DNA of 64,000 nucleotides, from the NCBI GenBank assembly GCA_951406725.2, contig OX597831.1, forward strand, positions 1,364,001 through 1,428,000. The letters are read 5' to 3'. This DNA comes from Octopus vulgaris. Its lineage: Eukaryota. Of the stretch, positions 11,549 through 25,873 are shown in pieces (position 1 is the first letter of the stretch; each line of letters begins with the position of its first letter). The translations under genes were made by a program, and so were the position numbers. A model generated the notes under the pieces. It was not told the DNA's origin and ran no database searches. It saw nothing but the letters and a program-made list of their open reading frames with translations.

Positions 11549-14215
11549 GCATTAGTAATGCACATTCCTTGTATAATAAGAATTTACACAGTTGCAACCA
11601 ATGCACATTTGAAACCTCTTTCACTCTTCTTACACATTCTTCACAATATATATTTTTAATGAACTATCCTTACAAACACAGTCACATTGCATGAGTAATC
11701 ATTTGTTGCACTGTTAGTGCATGTATGTCACCATTTCACCATAATGTGTACATCTGTGATGTTTGTTTGTTGCATTACTGATGTGCATCTGTTGCAAATT
11801 TGAATGAATACCTGGTGTGTATGTGACCAAGACAATTGTTGAACCATATAGGTGCAGCTATACATAATACATAGCCTGTGTAATATCTTCTCTATATATC
11901 TGATACTCTTCAGGATCACTGCTGTACAATTGAAGGTTTAAAACATATCTGGAGACCATTAACTTAATGTGCATCTGTATGTTAACAGTCAGTAAGCATA
12001 TTTTGTGTGTATCAATGCTATTCATTAATTCTATTTGCAACAAGTTTTCGTTGCACATTTAGATCCCCTTGTGTTGTTGTTTTTCCCAAGCTCGGCCCTA
12101 ATCTAACATGCACGTCTCCTAGATATACCTTTAAACTGCATCCAATTGTGGGACCCTGGTTTGGGAGTTCCAGGGTTTTAAGGAGTGTGAAATCTCCTCT
12201 TAGCTGTTCCCAGGTCTACTCTGACCCAGAGCAGTAGCACCTCTCAGGGCCCCAGCTATAGGTTAATTTGCATGTTATAGCATAGAAGAAACTCCAAACA
12301 CAAACCCTCACTACCTTGTGAAAGAAAAAAGCTAGAGAGGTCAACCTTAACAAAAGGTTAGCAATTCAAGGAGTGGAGTCCCCCAGGCAGTCAGGTGCCC
12401 TCTTTGACTCCCTTCTGGCAACTCCAGCATAGGTGAAGCTTTCCAGCCCTGTAAGGCAGTTCACCCCAATGTAAAACTTACAGCATGCTGTTCACTGCAA
12501 CCATCTCAGCATTCTAAGCCACTGTGGTCAGACCTCTAATTTTAAAGAATGATTTTGGATTGCGCAGACTGACTCTCACTTTGAAAATACTGGGTGCAGG
12601 CAGGAGGAAAAGGGATTGCTTTACATAGACACTTGAGGGCATATTACTCTTCTTCATGATCTTCAGACATGAAGAAACTGCCATCACATTACCATGCAAG
12701 CAAGTACCTACCTATTTCTGTGAGAATTGAGGCATACAGTATTGAAGTGTCCTACCTGGAAACATACCATAATGTCTGCTATAGATTTGAACTCACAGCT
12801 CATGAGGTAGTAGCCAATACTTTATTCATTTGACCACAACGCTTCTGCAGATTTCCTTTCCATCAACAAACCCTCTTCATATACAAGTCATGACATTGGC
12901 CTTTATACTAATAAGTATTTCTGTTGTTTTGCTTCCCAGAAGAAAATGCCCCAGTGTGTTGTTAGACTTGGTAATAAGGGCCTACATCAACATGAATATA
13001 ATTGGAAATTAAAACAAAAGTTGTGTGGTTTTGTAGTTTAGCACCAGGTCAACCCACATCAAGCAGATCAACAATCAAACGAATGTCAGCTATGACTGCC
13101 CATTCTACTTCCATTTTTGGCTATATCTTGGATGACATTATCTAATGAATGTCTTTGATTTTGTTAATTGGTGGGCTGAGATTAGAGGGAGACTTAGTTA
13201 TTGTTTCTAGGAGGTCATGTGATCATATAGAGGTCCCCTTGTGTTGTTTTGCCTGAGCTTAGCTTGATGAAATCTAACACATTTCATCAAGATGTTTCAA
13301 TCATGTAGTCATGTTAGGGATTAAGGTAAAAGCTATTATAGAATATTGTGTTGAAATAGACCCTAATGTTTTAGATGGGGCTCTTTACTGTGATGGACCT
13401 TGGTTAAAATGATAGTCTCTCCTTTATGAACCCTTAATTTGAGTTAATAAAGTTTTAGTTTTATTTTAAAGCTGCTATGATGAGGAGAGTCAGTGTCCAT
13501 AATCTTTTTGGGGACTTTCTAGACTGGAGAACAGATACAAGATGAAGTTGACATGAGATTTTTATGTTCATTTTAAAAGCTTTGTGTAATTATTATTATT
13601 AATAAATAGTCCTCGTGACCTTTTTCTTGACAAGCAACTTGTGGTAAGATAGCATGTGTTGTGCATATAGGAAATAGCATGCGACTAGTGTACTTGGCAG
13701 ATTGTGCATTGTCATGGAATGCAGAATATGCATTTTATTCAGGAAATAGATTAATGAATTTGAGAGAGTATGTGGTATGAGGTCAGTTTTGCTCTTCATC
13801 ATTTCAGAGTTGATAACATAAAGTACAAGTACTAGGGTTGATATAATTGATGAACATACTTCCCCACAAATTTCAGGACTTGTAATCTATGCTAGAAACA
13901 ATTATTATTGAGAGTGGTATGTTGGTAAAATCATAAAAGCATTAGACAAAATGTTTTGCAGTGCTTTGTTTTGGTCTTTTAATTTCTGAGTTTAAATTGT
14001 ACTAAGTTTGACTTATTTTTACTGTAAACAATTATATGACCAAAGAGCAAGTCATTGGATTCTCTTGTGCTGCATTGGTGGCAGTAATAATTAATTATTA
14101 GTTCTCAGCCAGGTTTTCCTTCAACTTCTTATAACTGTAGTATTATACCTTAGGGGTGAAAACCAGATGTCTTATTTCTCAGTGACCATTCTGACCCATC
14201 ACAAAAATTTTAATG

Positions 14216-14477
14216 TGGGAAGCCAGAAGGCTGCACCAGGCCCAGTTTGATCTGGCAATGTTTCTACAGCTGGATGCCCTTCCTAACGCCAACCACTCCA
14301 TGAGTGTAGCACCCACTACACTCATGGAGTGGTTGGCATTAGGAAGGGCATCCAGCCGTAGAAACATTGCCAGATCAGACTGGACCTGGTGCAGCCTTCT
14401 GGCTTCCCAGACCCCAGTTGAACCGTCCAACCCATGCTAGCATGGAAAGCGGATGCTAAACGATGATGATGATGATG
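14216..14477 (+). mobile_element. RTE-LINE 3' fragment with an inverted duplication forming a 94-bp hairpin
   Basis: Arms at 14216-14309 and 14316-14409 with a 6-nt loop. The element ends in GCATGGAAAGCGGATGCTAAACG(ATG)n. Confidence 0.9.
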
Positions 14478-16091
14478 TGTCTCTGTGGTCAGTTGTCTCA
14501 GCTGACCACATCTCACCATGACAAATCACAAACATTTGCAATGTGATGAATAATTACTTTGTCACTGCTTTCTTTCTGATTGAGCAAACTTATGTTTAAA
14601 GTAATTCCAGCCAAGACCATCTCTTCTTTTTTTATATCTCAGTCTACTTGCATTAATGTATACTTCAAGTTGGGTAGTGTGTTATTTGAATAAAAATTTG
14701 GCTGCTATTTCTAGCAGGTCATGTTGTTATCTAGAAACTCCCTCGTCGACATTGTTTAGCCTCAGTTCAACCCTGATCCAGCAGACCTAATATCAAAAAC
14801 ATTCCAGCCTATCTCCACATACAAACACACACCTGCAATATGTTTATCTGATGTTTTTAAGATCGTTTATTGTGGATGAGGGAGACTTGAGTGCTATTTC
14901 TCACAAGTTAAGTGGCCATGTAGATGTTTGCTTCATGACTTGTGTGTCTCTCCTTTGAAAGACATGTTTAGATATTTACCATGGTATACTTTGTCAATTG
15001 ATAATCACTCTCTCTCTATCTCTCTTTCAATCTTTCTGTGTTACTATCTTTTGAGTATTATTTCTTTTTCAATTTCTTTTTAGCCAGTCATGATATGGTT
15101 TTACCAGGTATGACTTCTTTTTCAATGTTGTGTATATTATTATTATGTTTATTATCATCAATATTATTATTATTATTATCATTATTATTATTATTATTTC
15201 TTCTGTTCCAATGAGTCTTCAGGACCAATCTCTTCTTCCTACACTACATCCTTTCATTAAATTGCTTCCTGCCATCTAATGTTTGAAAGATTTCATTAAT
15301 CAGAAAGATAAAGGGATAGAGTTATATAGTGTAGTATATATTGTTTACATATATGTATGTATGTATGTATACAAGCACATACATATATGCGTGCGCATGG
15401 CTGAATAGTTAAGAAGTTTACTTTGCAATCATGAGGTCCCTGGTTCCGTCCTGCTGCATGGTATGTTGGGCAAGTCTCTTTTACCAAAGTCTTGGGTTGA
15501 TCCAACATTGGAGAGTAAAACTGGGTAGAGGGGAAACTTTGCAGCAACTTGTTGGATGGATTGTACCTGTAATTGAAAAGTCCAGTCCCATCACACACTG
15601 TGTCACATTAATTCTACCTGAGAATTAAATTAAAGTACAAGTATCTGTGGAATACCCAGCCATCTACATGCTAATTTAATGAGATAGTTCAGTTGATTAA
15701 AAAACTGAATTCTCATCAAAACACCCAATAGATTTTTTTCATTTACGTGTGCATGTATGTGTGTACATATGTACCTAGTTTTACTCGTAAGGGTTGAGTT
15801 AACTCAAAACTATGGTAAAAATCATTCACCCAACATGTAAAGCAGTTGACATTAGGGAGGGCATCCACTAGTAGAAGCCATGCCAAAGCAGATATTTGAG
15901 CATGTCACTGTTCTTAGACCTGTCCACTCCTGTTGAACCATCTAACGTGTGTCAGATTGGAAGATGGATGTGGAAAGATGATGCTGTATGTATATATATA
16001 TATGTATGTATGTATACTATTATGATTTATTAAATACTTATATATATGTATAAATACACATACATACATTTATATGTGTGTGTGTATACAT

Positions 16092-16124
<33 letters not shown>

Positions 16125-18899
16125 TTCATTTATATATCCTTTTTCCATGCCAGCATCGATAAGACAAATATATGGCTTGGGTATTGTTTTGTAGCCTGAT
16201 GCTCTTCCTCCCCACCCCCTGTTGTTAACCTTTACTTGTTTTTTTTTCAAGTAAGGGCTTCCTTGTTCCATATGTCTTTAAAGATGTAGAGCTATTGGAC
16301 AATCCATTGAGAGGGGAAATAACAACGTTACCATCCATATCGGAGTGATTTTTCAGAGAAGTGCAAATGTCAACAAACACAACAGTGCATGCACACACAC
16401 ATACACACATATCTGTATACATCAGCAATGAGCACCTAAGTATACGTGACAGGCCTTCAATTTCCATCTACCAAATTCCATCATTCCTTCACAAGGCATG
16501 TCTTATAATAATAGACACTTACCAAAAGTGTTACTTAGTGGAATTGAACTCAGTCACATGGTTCAGAAATATACGTGTGTGTGTTTACACATGCATACAT
16601 ACAACAGTGCACATTATTATAACTATGACTGTGGGTTGGGGTCCTTTGTCATAACCACCAAAATCGTCTTCCATTCATTGCATCTTCAAACTCTTTTCCA
16701 ATCCAATATACAGTACTCACAAGCAGTGATGGTTTACACTTGGAGTTCCTGTCCAAGTCTGACTACCTTCCAAGGTTACTGAGCCCAGACCACCCCATTT
16801 ATACTACTAATATACTGCCTTCTCCTGGAGATATGCTTTTACAAAAGTTAAGAGTTCTCTCACACCCAGTTGTTTTGCATCACTGTGGACATTTACTCAA
16901 AATTTATGTCTTTGTGCTGTTGCTATATAGTCATTGACCCTATATTGAGTTCAGCCATCCTTTTGACAGGTATTGTTTTTATCCTGGGTTTTTATAACAA
17001 CCTTCTTCACCAGGCAAGACTGATGGTGGAGTTGGTTTAACTCCATACGTCCACTGTCCAAGCTGGCATGGGTTGGACAGTTTAACAGGAGTTCACAAGC
17101 CAGAATATTGCACCAGGCTTCACTGTCTGTTCTGGCATGATTTTTACACTGGATGCCCTTCCTAATGCCAACCACCTTATAGAGTGGACTGAGTGCTTTT
17201 TATATGGCATCAGCACTGGTGAGGTCTGCTTTGGCACAGTTTTTACTGCTGGATATACCCTTCCAAACAGCAACCACTTTACAGTGTGGACTGAATGGTT
17301 TTTACGTGGTACCAGCAGTGGTGAGGTCATCAAGTAACTCATAAGACAAAGATCCTTTGAAAGGTGGGTATTGGAAGAGGTAGCCTTGTGTCGGATGATG
17401 AGAGGTTAGAATGTGACAGAGGGACATATATATATATAGATGTTTGTCCATACATACATGAATAGGTATACATGTGTGTGCGTGTGTCTGCAGAATCAGC
17501 AGAGTGTCAGAGAAAATACTTTGTAATCCACTTTGATTTTCATTCAGCTGAGATATTAGGGTCCATGTAAGTTATTATAATCTAGAAGAAAGTGCTCCTG
17601 CATGGCTACAGTGTAATGACTGAAGCCAGAAAAAAGAATGAATGGATATATATGTATATGCGTAAACATGTATATATTATGTATACATGCACACTCAGAA
17701 GCTTATATTGGTATATGTATGCCTTTATGCATACATGTATTGTTTTGTATGTATATGTATAAATGTACTGCTATATGTATGTGTGTATATGCATACATAT
17801 GTAGGTATGTTTACGTATGTGTCTATATACTTATATGTATAGGTATATGTATGTTTGTAAATGTATACCCGTGTGTGTATGCTTCTATATGCACGCATGT
17901 ATATGGATGCATGTTTTTGCACAAGTGCATGCATGCATATGTATATGTTTGCATGCTTAGGCTTACATATTTATATGTACATTTATATGTATGCACATAT
18001 ATACAAAAGAAAATCAAGATTTCGTGAGCCTCTGGGTCACAGGTACTATGTGGCCTCCTAGTAAAAGAAATTAAATATGTTTTTAAAAGGCTAACAACTA
18101 TTAAAATTCAGACATTTGCTTTTCTTAATTTCTTGGAAACAAATTTCTCCAAAAACATCAGTAAATTGTAAGTTCTTAAGAACATTGTTTTCAATTGCCA
18201 TGAGAGCAAGTCTGTTGAGTCATATTAGTACCATTGTTTGGTCTGTGTTCATTCTTTATATATTTCCTCTCAAACAAACTCTTGTCTCTAATCACATTAT
18301 TTATCATTAAACACAAGTGAATACATAATGCAATTTAAACATTAGGGAATGAAGAAGTTAATTCATTGTTATCTACAGGAGGATATAGTATACTAGAAAC
18401 TTGTAGTGTTTCATACTTGGGCATGAAATTATCAAAGTTTCTTGAAATGAAGCATTTTTGGTATAAATTCATACTCAATGTCATTTAAATAAATCTTTTG
18501 AAACTGTTATTGAAACATCTTTTCCATATCTGAAAATTCAACTAGAAAAGAATCAAACAATCAATAAAACAACCTTATATCCTTCATTGCAATAACAAAG
18601 AACTGAGCATGACTTATCTAAGTTGGTTAGATATGCTTTCACCTTAAACTTTTGACTTCTAATTTGAAGTTTCAGGCACTGAAGAATAACTGACAAACAA
18701 TGAGGTGGATCATAAAAGAAATTATATAAAAATTTTTGTATAAAATCAAAGAATGAAATTGCTCGATTGCAGCAAATGCACAAATCAAATTATGGGACTG
18801 AGCTTTCAACTGTTACTCTCAGTCCAGATGCATTACCATATGGTTACATTGAACATTAACAGCCAGCCACTTGCAATAAATACAGAAGTTTACATCCGT

Positions 18900-21800
18900 A
18901 CTTCATATACTGAAGTTGTAACACTGAAGTTGTAAGCCAAATAAAACAATAAATTCTTAGCAATTGTTTTGTGCCACAATTTATTTAGTTAAACAATAGA
19001 AATAGTCACAAGAGTCACCTTGATTTGATGGCTCTTCATCAGATACAAGCATAGAGTGGATATACTATAAAACTATTTTCCTTTTTTTTTTTTTTTTTTT
19101 TTGCTGGAAACCACACTCGAATGTTGAAGACTCACTTTGTTTACTAATTGCATCACATCTTCAGTCTTCAGCCATATTGCAGATTACATCAGCTACAATA
19201 CTTGAAATATTTCATCTTCATTAAACAGCAGAATACAATGTTTTTTTCAAATTCCAATAGCACCTGCAAAGACATCAACCAGATGATGATATTGAATTCT
19301 ATACAACCTTGTCAGACACTGTAAGTTTCACGTTGTAACTGCTGTTCAATAGCAAGAGGAAAGGGTTAGAGATCTAATTAATTTCCAGGATTCTGATTAT
19401 ATTCCATAAAATCTCTTGGAAAACTCTTCAGTAAATTTATGACTGGCAGTCACCCAGGTTCCTGTTCTAAGAAGCTGCTCAGAAAACCTATAGACGAAGA
19501 TGCCACTTTTGCACTGGCCCTTAACCATGACTTGGACTGGTGCATTTGTCCAGTAAAGAACTTATCACAAATGTAAAAGAGGTTTCAGAAAAAGAACAGC
19601 AAACCTATATAAAGGAAATACACTTGAAAAAGCTACTATCAATGCATATGACTAACAATTATCAATTTCTGTAGTGCCAACAGTTTCATAGATGGGGATG
19701 TTAACAAGAATCTCTCACTCCACATAGCTAAACACTTCCTCCAAATTGGCCATGCAACTCAACTTAATTAGACTGTTTCTTCAGCTTTCTGCATTTCAAA
19801 CATTTCTTTTTTTAAACTTATGAAAAGATGCAGCTTTGGGCTTTTCAGAACTAATGTTCTTTTACAATTCTAGGACATGATTTAAATGATATACCACTGT
19901 TACATTTAAACTTGGAATTTCATTTAAAATGAAAAACACAACAACAAAATCCCTTAGTGTTGCCCGATTTGTTTCTGTGTTGGAAGTGGCCTCTCATATT
20001 TTTTTCACACCTGTAATGTGATTTGAAAACAACTACTTCTGAAAATCACCACATTTTGATGAAATGATATTTTATTGATGGCATTATCCAGCCCTCAGTT
20101 TCCATGACAAGCACAAGCAGTAGAAATAAGAAACCTTAGCAAACAACAGCTTGTTATTGACTATAAATGAATGATAAATTGCTATTGCTTTTTATATGTG
20201 TATCTACTTCTTAACGCTGAAGCTCTCAAGCATTTTATTTCATAGAATAAATTCTACAGGAAACTGAAATATGGAAGCAGCATACCATCAGATTCCACTC
20301 CATACACAAGGATAAGAAATACACTGCATTTCGAGATGATGAAGACATTCTTGTAAATAAGGATACCATTCAGTGTGTCTGTTGCTGTAAACAGTTCTCA
20401 AAGAGTGATGGATGATATAAGTAGCAGCTGCAATATCAAAGATATGTTATTGTTGTTGGCAAAACTATTGAAGAATATGATAAGAAATTTAAATGTGAAA
20501 AATGTTTCCTAAGAAATTTATTTCAGATGCTAAAAGGCTTAACATTCAATTGAACAATGGCAGGCATCTATCCTTGAACAATGGCAGGCATCTGTCCTTG
20601 AACAATGACAGACATCTATCCTTGTTACCAAGGATAGAAAATGGAAAGCAGCTCTTCATGGCTTGATCCAGAAAGTTGAAACCCATTGTTGATTTCATAG
20701 CACCTAACAATACTAAGCAATGGAAGCAGCTTCTATGTTTACATAGTTATTATTCTAAATGGATGTCCCCTGCCTCAGAACTAATTCTGCCCCTATTAAT
20801 TCATACTTTTCTATTGCAAAAAAATTACCCCTAGATGTTTATTCATCTGCTTAAACTTTCATTAGTTAATGCCTTTCTCTCTTACCTAGAGTTCCATTAC
20901 ATGCTGAAACTGATGCTGCTAAAGTAACAGTTACGTGTGTCTTTTCACAATGTAATAAACCTGTCACTCTTATCTCAAGATCTGAATCCATCATCAAATG
21001 AAAAGAGGCTACAGTGATCACAGAAAGTCTCTGGAAATGGCAAACTATTTTACTTGGAGGATAATTCGTGTTACACACTGGTTAACATGTTTAGTTATGA
21101 CAGTAGAGATAAAACAAAACAAAAAAACATAAAATGTTTTCATTGGCACTTCAGATTATTGTTCTACAATTATGACAAGACCTACATGGTAAAGATAATA
21201 CAGATTTGATTGTCTTACAGATGCTTCTCTGTAACATCTCAGGGATTTGCAGATTTACGTAAGTTTTTATATCATTCTTGAATAACCGAACTGGCTTTGC
21301 ATCAGATCTAAGGTTTTTTGGGAAGATGTTAGAAAAGAACTTGTGATGAGTACATTATGTGCTTGGAATTGAAACCACAATCTATCTTCCTCATACCAAA
21401 CTCTACAATAATCAGTTGAGCACTTCAGTGTTCACTTCAAAGGTCCTCTGCCATCATCTAACTCTTAACATGGCTTGTTTGTAGTTACAGATGAATATTT
21501 AAAGTTTTTCCCCTTTGTGTTTGCAACTTTGAATATGGAACATCCTACTGTAATTTAATGCCTTCAAAAGATAATCTTCATATTTGACATTCCAGCTTCA
21601 ATCTATTCAAACCAAAAGTACCAATTTATATTGCAATGTGTTTGTATGTTTTTGCAGAACACTAATAATATTCAAACCAAAAAAACTCTATACCACCCTA
21701 CTGGAAACAGCCAAGTAGAATGTCCTAATAGAACTCTATGAAGAACAAGAAAGCTATGAAACAAATAATGAGGTGATGTTTTAGGGGATGTTTTAATCTT

Positions 21801-22000
21801 TTTGGACTTAACTAACTAGACACTTCATGAAAGCACTTTTGATTATCTGAACCTGGAGAAGTTTTGCTTGGACAATTTAAACTTAAAGAGAAGTCAGTTT
21901 TGTTAATAACATTACACATCATTATACTTACATCAAATAGTCAAATGGACACTGTCTCCACTGAATATATAGCCCCTTCTGGGGGAAAAAATGAGTTTCA
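18900..22000 (+). mobile_element. Heavily decayed Ty3/Gypsy LTR retrotransposon internal region (gag-RT-RNaseH-integrase)
   Basis: Frame-broken motifs occur in Gypsy order: gag LVRHCKF..VTAVQ..EERVRD (~19310), RT AAYHQIPLH..DKKYTAF (20275-20335) and IPFSV..SQRVMDD (~20360-20420), RNase H ETDAA (~20906), integrase FKGPLP (21436), VTDEYLKFFPF (~21485) and YHPTGNSQVE (21691). LTRs not identified; ends approximate. Confidence 0.85.
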
Positions 22001-22399
22001 TGTGAATTTGTTCAAACTCTGATTCCAGTTGTTGGTGATTGCTGTGAAATTGACTTGCAGAAGAATTCAGCACAAACCAGTTCCAGATCTCTTGAAGAAT
22101 GTTTCATTGATATTTGCTTAAATGACATGCTGAAAAATCAGGCTCAACAAGTATGTGAGTTGGAGCAGTTCTCTGTTAATCCATTTATGGAAGAAGCAAT
22201 TATGATTTCACAATTCAGACTCGACAAGGATCCAGAAATCACTGGAAAGACTAAAGCTTTAAACCACCAATAAATGCTCCAAATTGCTATTTTCAATCCA
22301 GATACATTATGGTATATTTTAGCTGAAGGCTGATAGCCAACCATTTACAATAGATATGGACACTTACATTTATGTTTCTTTGAAATTAAATGTTTTAGC

Positions 22400-22830
22400 T
22401 GAGTAAAATGATTGATTCTTGGCAACTGTTTCTTGTCACAATAATGTGCAAGATGATTGATATTCATAATATCTGCTCGAAGCAATTTATAGCATCCTGA
22501 CATGTTTGATTTGTTGTCATAAGACTGTCCTCATAGATTAGCTACATCAATTCCAATTTGTACAAAGAATTTCAAGATGATGTTAGCAAAAGCTTCTCCA
22601 ATCTATCTTGCAATGGGAAAGAGAGAAAGTGAAAAAGCATTCAATCATCTCATATTCCAACATAGCCAATAACTACTGTCAACTGATCAATATGAAATAT
22701 ATCTGGTGTTGAATAAATGCATATTTGGTTTCCTTTATTTCTTTTACAATGGTTTTTAATTGGAAATATTTTACCATCAGCCACTCATGATGCTTCTTAT
22801 TGATGTAGTATGTTTATCACTGATACATAT
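22400..22830 (-). mobile_element. hAT (Tip100/ZMYM1-like) transposase relic
   Basis: The minus strand gives STPDIFHIDQLTVVIGYV (from 22712) and GQSYDNKSNMSGCYK (from 22530), matching the DSTPD.SH.DQL..RYV and GQSYDNA.NMSG catalytic-region motifs. Stops and frameshifts are present. Confidence 0.8.
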
Positions 22831-23241
22831 ACAGTATATTACTTGAGCCCCTTTTTTAATTAGATAACTTAGAATATTTGTGCTTCACAGCCATGTGACT
22901 TGGGGTACAGTCCCAATGCAGGGCAGGTTGGGCAAGTGTTTTCTACTTTTTTCTACTCTGTCCCTGGGCTGACTGAAGCCTTGTGAATGAATTAGATGGA
23001 AACTGTAAAAGAAAGCCATTATATATATATATCCCTCTCTCTCTTCCGGAGAGGCACTGAGCAGCTATACGCACACATACACACAGGGCAGTAACTTCCA
23101 CCTATCGAATTCAATCACAAAGCTTCAGTCGACTCAGGGCTATAACAGAAGACACCTACCCAAAGTGCCACTCAGTGGGACTGAACCTGAAACCATGTAG
23201 CAAGGAAGCAAGCTCTCTAACCACACAGCCATGCCCGCGCC

Positions 23242-23292
<51 letters not shown>

Positions 23293-24636
23293 ATGTATTT
23301 GTGTGTCTCCCTGTCTTTTCATCATCCATAAATTATACACGTTCCAATAGACACTGGAAAAATAATGATAAGAAGCTTGCTTCCCAACCACATGCTGATT
23401 GAGAAAGTGCCATATAATGCATGGCACCTTGGGCTAGTGTCTTCTTCTATAGCCTTGGACCGCTCAAAGCCTTGTCAGTGGATTTGGTAAGACAGAAACT
23501 GAAAGAAGCCCGTCGAGCAAGGCCACAGTCAAATGACTGAATCAAGTAAAAAAAAGAATAAAACTAAGCGCCTTAATGATAACGAAAATATGTAATGGTC
23601 AAAATCTCAAATTCCAGTGGTAATCCCTATGTTAGTCAGCAACAGACAACAACATCACTTTGTCCGGTAGAGAAGGATATGAAGACCTAAAACCATTGAT
23701 GATGGCTTTAAGAAACTTACTGTTTCAAACTGCAAAGAACTCAAAATAAATAAAACTTTGATAAAAGAAAAACATAAACAAGTATACAGTCTTGTTAGTA
23801 CTACATGTTTAAAATAACTTTTTCCTGGAAGTAATATAACCTCTTTATTCTGTCTTAGAAGCAGTACAGACTGGTATTAAATCATTTGCTTTAGAATAAT
23901 TTGTCAGAAAGTAAATAAGAAAAGGTTGAATAAGTAAGTTATAAAGGCAAAATGGCAAGTTATAAAGGCAAAATGAAATGTAAAATAAATATAATAATGG
24001 AGCAGCTATAATTATTCTGACCTCCCACAGCTGTCACAAACCATTTCTATCTTGGTCATTCAGTGTAAATGGAAGCAATTTATGGTCCCATTTTTGCCAT
24101 GATACAACATCAATGTCACCTTAAAAAAAAATAATAAATAAAATAAATCTTACTGTATAGCAAGACAATGTTCGAAGGCTTTATATATATATATATATAT
24201 TTTACATATGACATTTTAAAACTGACTCACCTGTCTCCAACAAGATATCTGAATACATGGCTGGTTTGGTGGAGAGGGGAGGTAATAAGAGGAGGGAGCA
24301 TGTATCTTTTCCTGTCTTTAACTTTTATATAACTTTCACAAATACACACACACGTATGCACACATTCTCTCTCTGTCACTAATGCATATAAAATACATGT
24401 GTTCTAGTTTATGGCCATGTGGTTGAGAAGTTTGTTTCCCAACCACATGATTTCAGGTTCAGTCTGTCTGTGCAGCCAGCACATGGAGCAAGTGTCTTTT
24501 ACTGCAGAAGGCCAAAGTCTTTTGAGTGGATTTGGTTGATGGAAACTGAAAGAAGACCATTGTGTGTGTGTGTGTGTGTTTTTGGTTATATCTGCAATTG
24601 TTTGTGTGAAAGTCTACAAATCATCTAGGTACTTGG

Positions 24637-25038
24637 TACTCTTTACTCTTTTACTTGTTTCAGTCATTTGACTGCGGCCATGCTGGAGCACCGCCTTTAA
24701 TCGAGCAACTCGACCCCGGGACTTATTCTTTGTAAGCCCAGTACTTATTCCATCAGTCTCTTTTGCCGAACCGCTAAGTGATGGGGACATAAACACACCA
24801 GCATCGGTTGTCAAGCAATGCTAGGGGGACAAACACAAACATACATGCACACACATATATACATATATATACATATATACGACAGGCTTCTTTCAGTTTC
24901 CGTCTACCAAATCCACTCACAAGGCTTTGGTCGGCCCGAGGCTATAGCAGAAGACACTTACCCAAGGTGCCACGCAGTGGGACTGAACCCGGAACCATGT
25001 GGTTGGTAAACAAGCTACTTACCACACAGCCACTCCTG
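24637..25038 (-). mobile_element. Full-length tRNA-derived SINE (family A)
   Basis: Reverse complement of the copies at 30934, 35794 and 43823: A/B boxes, CCTTGGGCAAGTG core, internal (TA/TG)n, and ACAAGTAAAAGAG tail. Confidence 0.9.
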
Positions 25039-25630
25039 TACCTTCAAAGCTTTATGAAATAAGTGGTCCATTACTTTAAAAAATTGGTAAAGGCTAGCAA
25101 AGAAGAAGGGCATCCTTCTGTAAACCAATCCTTGAAATAACGTATTCATTCAATCCTTGCAAGCATTGAAAAGCTTGCTTGGGACAAACAAACAAATTTG
25201 CAGGTAAAATGAAAGAGTAACTGGGCATTAAGAAGTATCAACTAATATTTACAGAAAATTATACTGGTGATGGTTGTTGTTGTTGTTTGAGTTTAGCCTT
25301 GATGAATCAGACCTTCAGTCAAAGATGTTCCAGCTGTGACCATCTTTTTCCCAAATTTAGTGCACCCTGGACTGTTATCTAATGTGTCCTTCTTTTGTAG
25401 GAGATTTGATTGCTGTTTCTAGCAGATGAGAGTGACCATATAAAGACTAACTTGTTTGCTTGAGATTCTTTCTTGATGCATGCTGATTGAGAAAGTGCCA
25501 TATAATGCTTATGATAAAGTAAGACCAGGATCAACATGGGGATAAGTGGTTAGGCTAGACATCATGCTATTGGGCCTTACTGAATCCAAGATAAGTGGAG
25601 ATATACCAAACAAAACATAGTAGGTACCCT

Positions 25631-25873
25631 ATATTATTTACATTTGGCAGATATTTGTCCTCATCTTGTTTGTTGTTAACACAACATTTCAGCTGATATA
25701 CTCTCCAGCCTTCATCAGGTGTCTTGGGGAAATTTCAAACCTGGGTTCTCATTTCTATGATATTTTTCGATGTGTTATTATTATTATTCAGGTCACTGCC
25801 TGGAATCGAACATGGAATTTTGGGGTTAGTAGCCTATGCTCTTAACCACTACGCCATATGCCCGTGGGCATAT
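25631..25873 (-). mobile_element. tRNA-headed short retroelement carrying a hammerhead-ribozyme motif
   Basis: 8-bp TSD GGTACCCT (25623-25630 and 25874-25881). On the minus strand: A-box TGGCGTAGTGG (25856-25846), B-box GTTCGATTCC (25811-25802), an (AAT)n linker, then a CTGATGA...GAAA motif. Confidence 0.8.
25678..25723 (-). ncRNA. Minimal type I hammerhead ribozyme motif (probably CpG-decayed)
   Basis: Minus strand reads GACAC-CUGAUGA-A-GGCUG-(10 nt)-CAGCU-GAAA-UG-UU-GUGUU. Stem I is GACAC/GUGUU and stem II is GGCUG/CAGCU, with both core boxes present and no true stem III. Confidence 0.6.

Noticed and set aside
12060-12720. GC-richer block resembling a LINE 5' region
   Set aside because: I could not read a convincing endonuclease or RT motif, so it is left unclassified.
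25790-25863. Functional tRNA gene (likewise the heads at 30934, 33955, 35794 and 43823)
   Set aside because: A/B boxes are present but the acceptor and anticodon stems pair poorly. Each is fused to a repeat body, so they are SINE heads.
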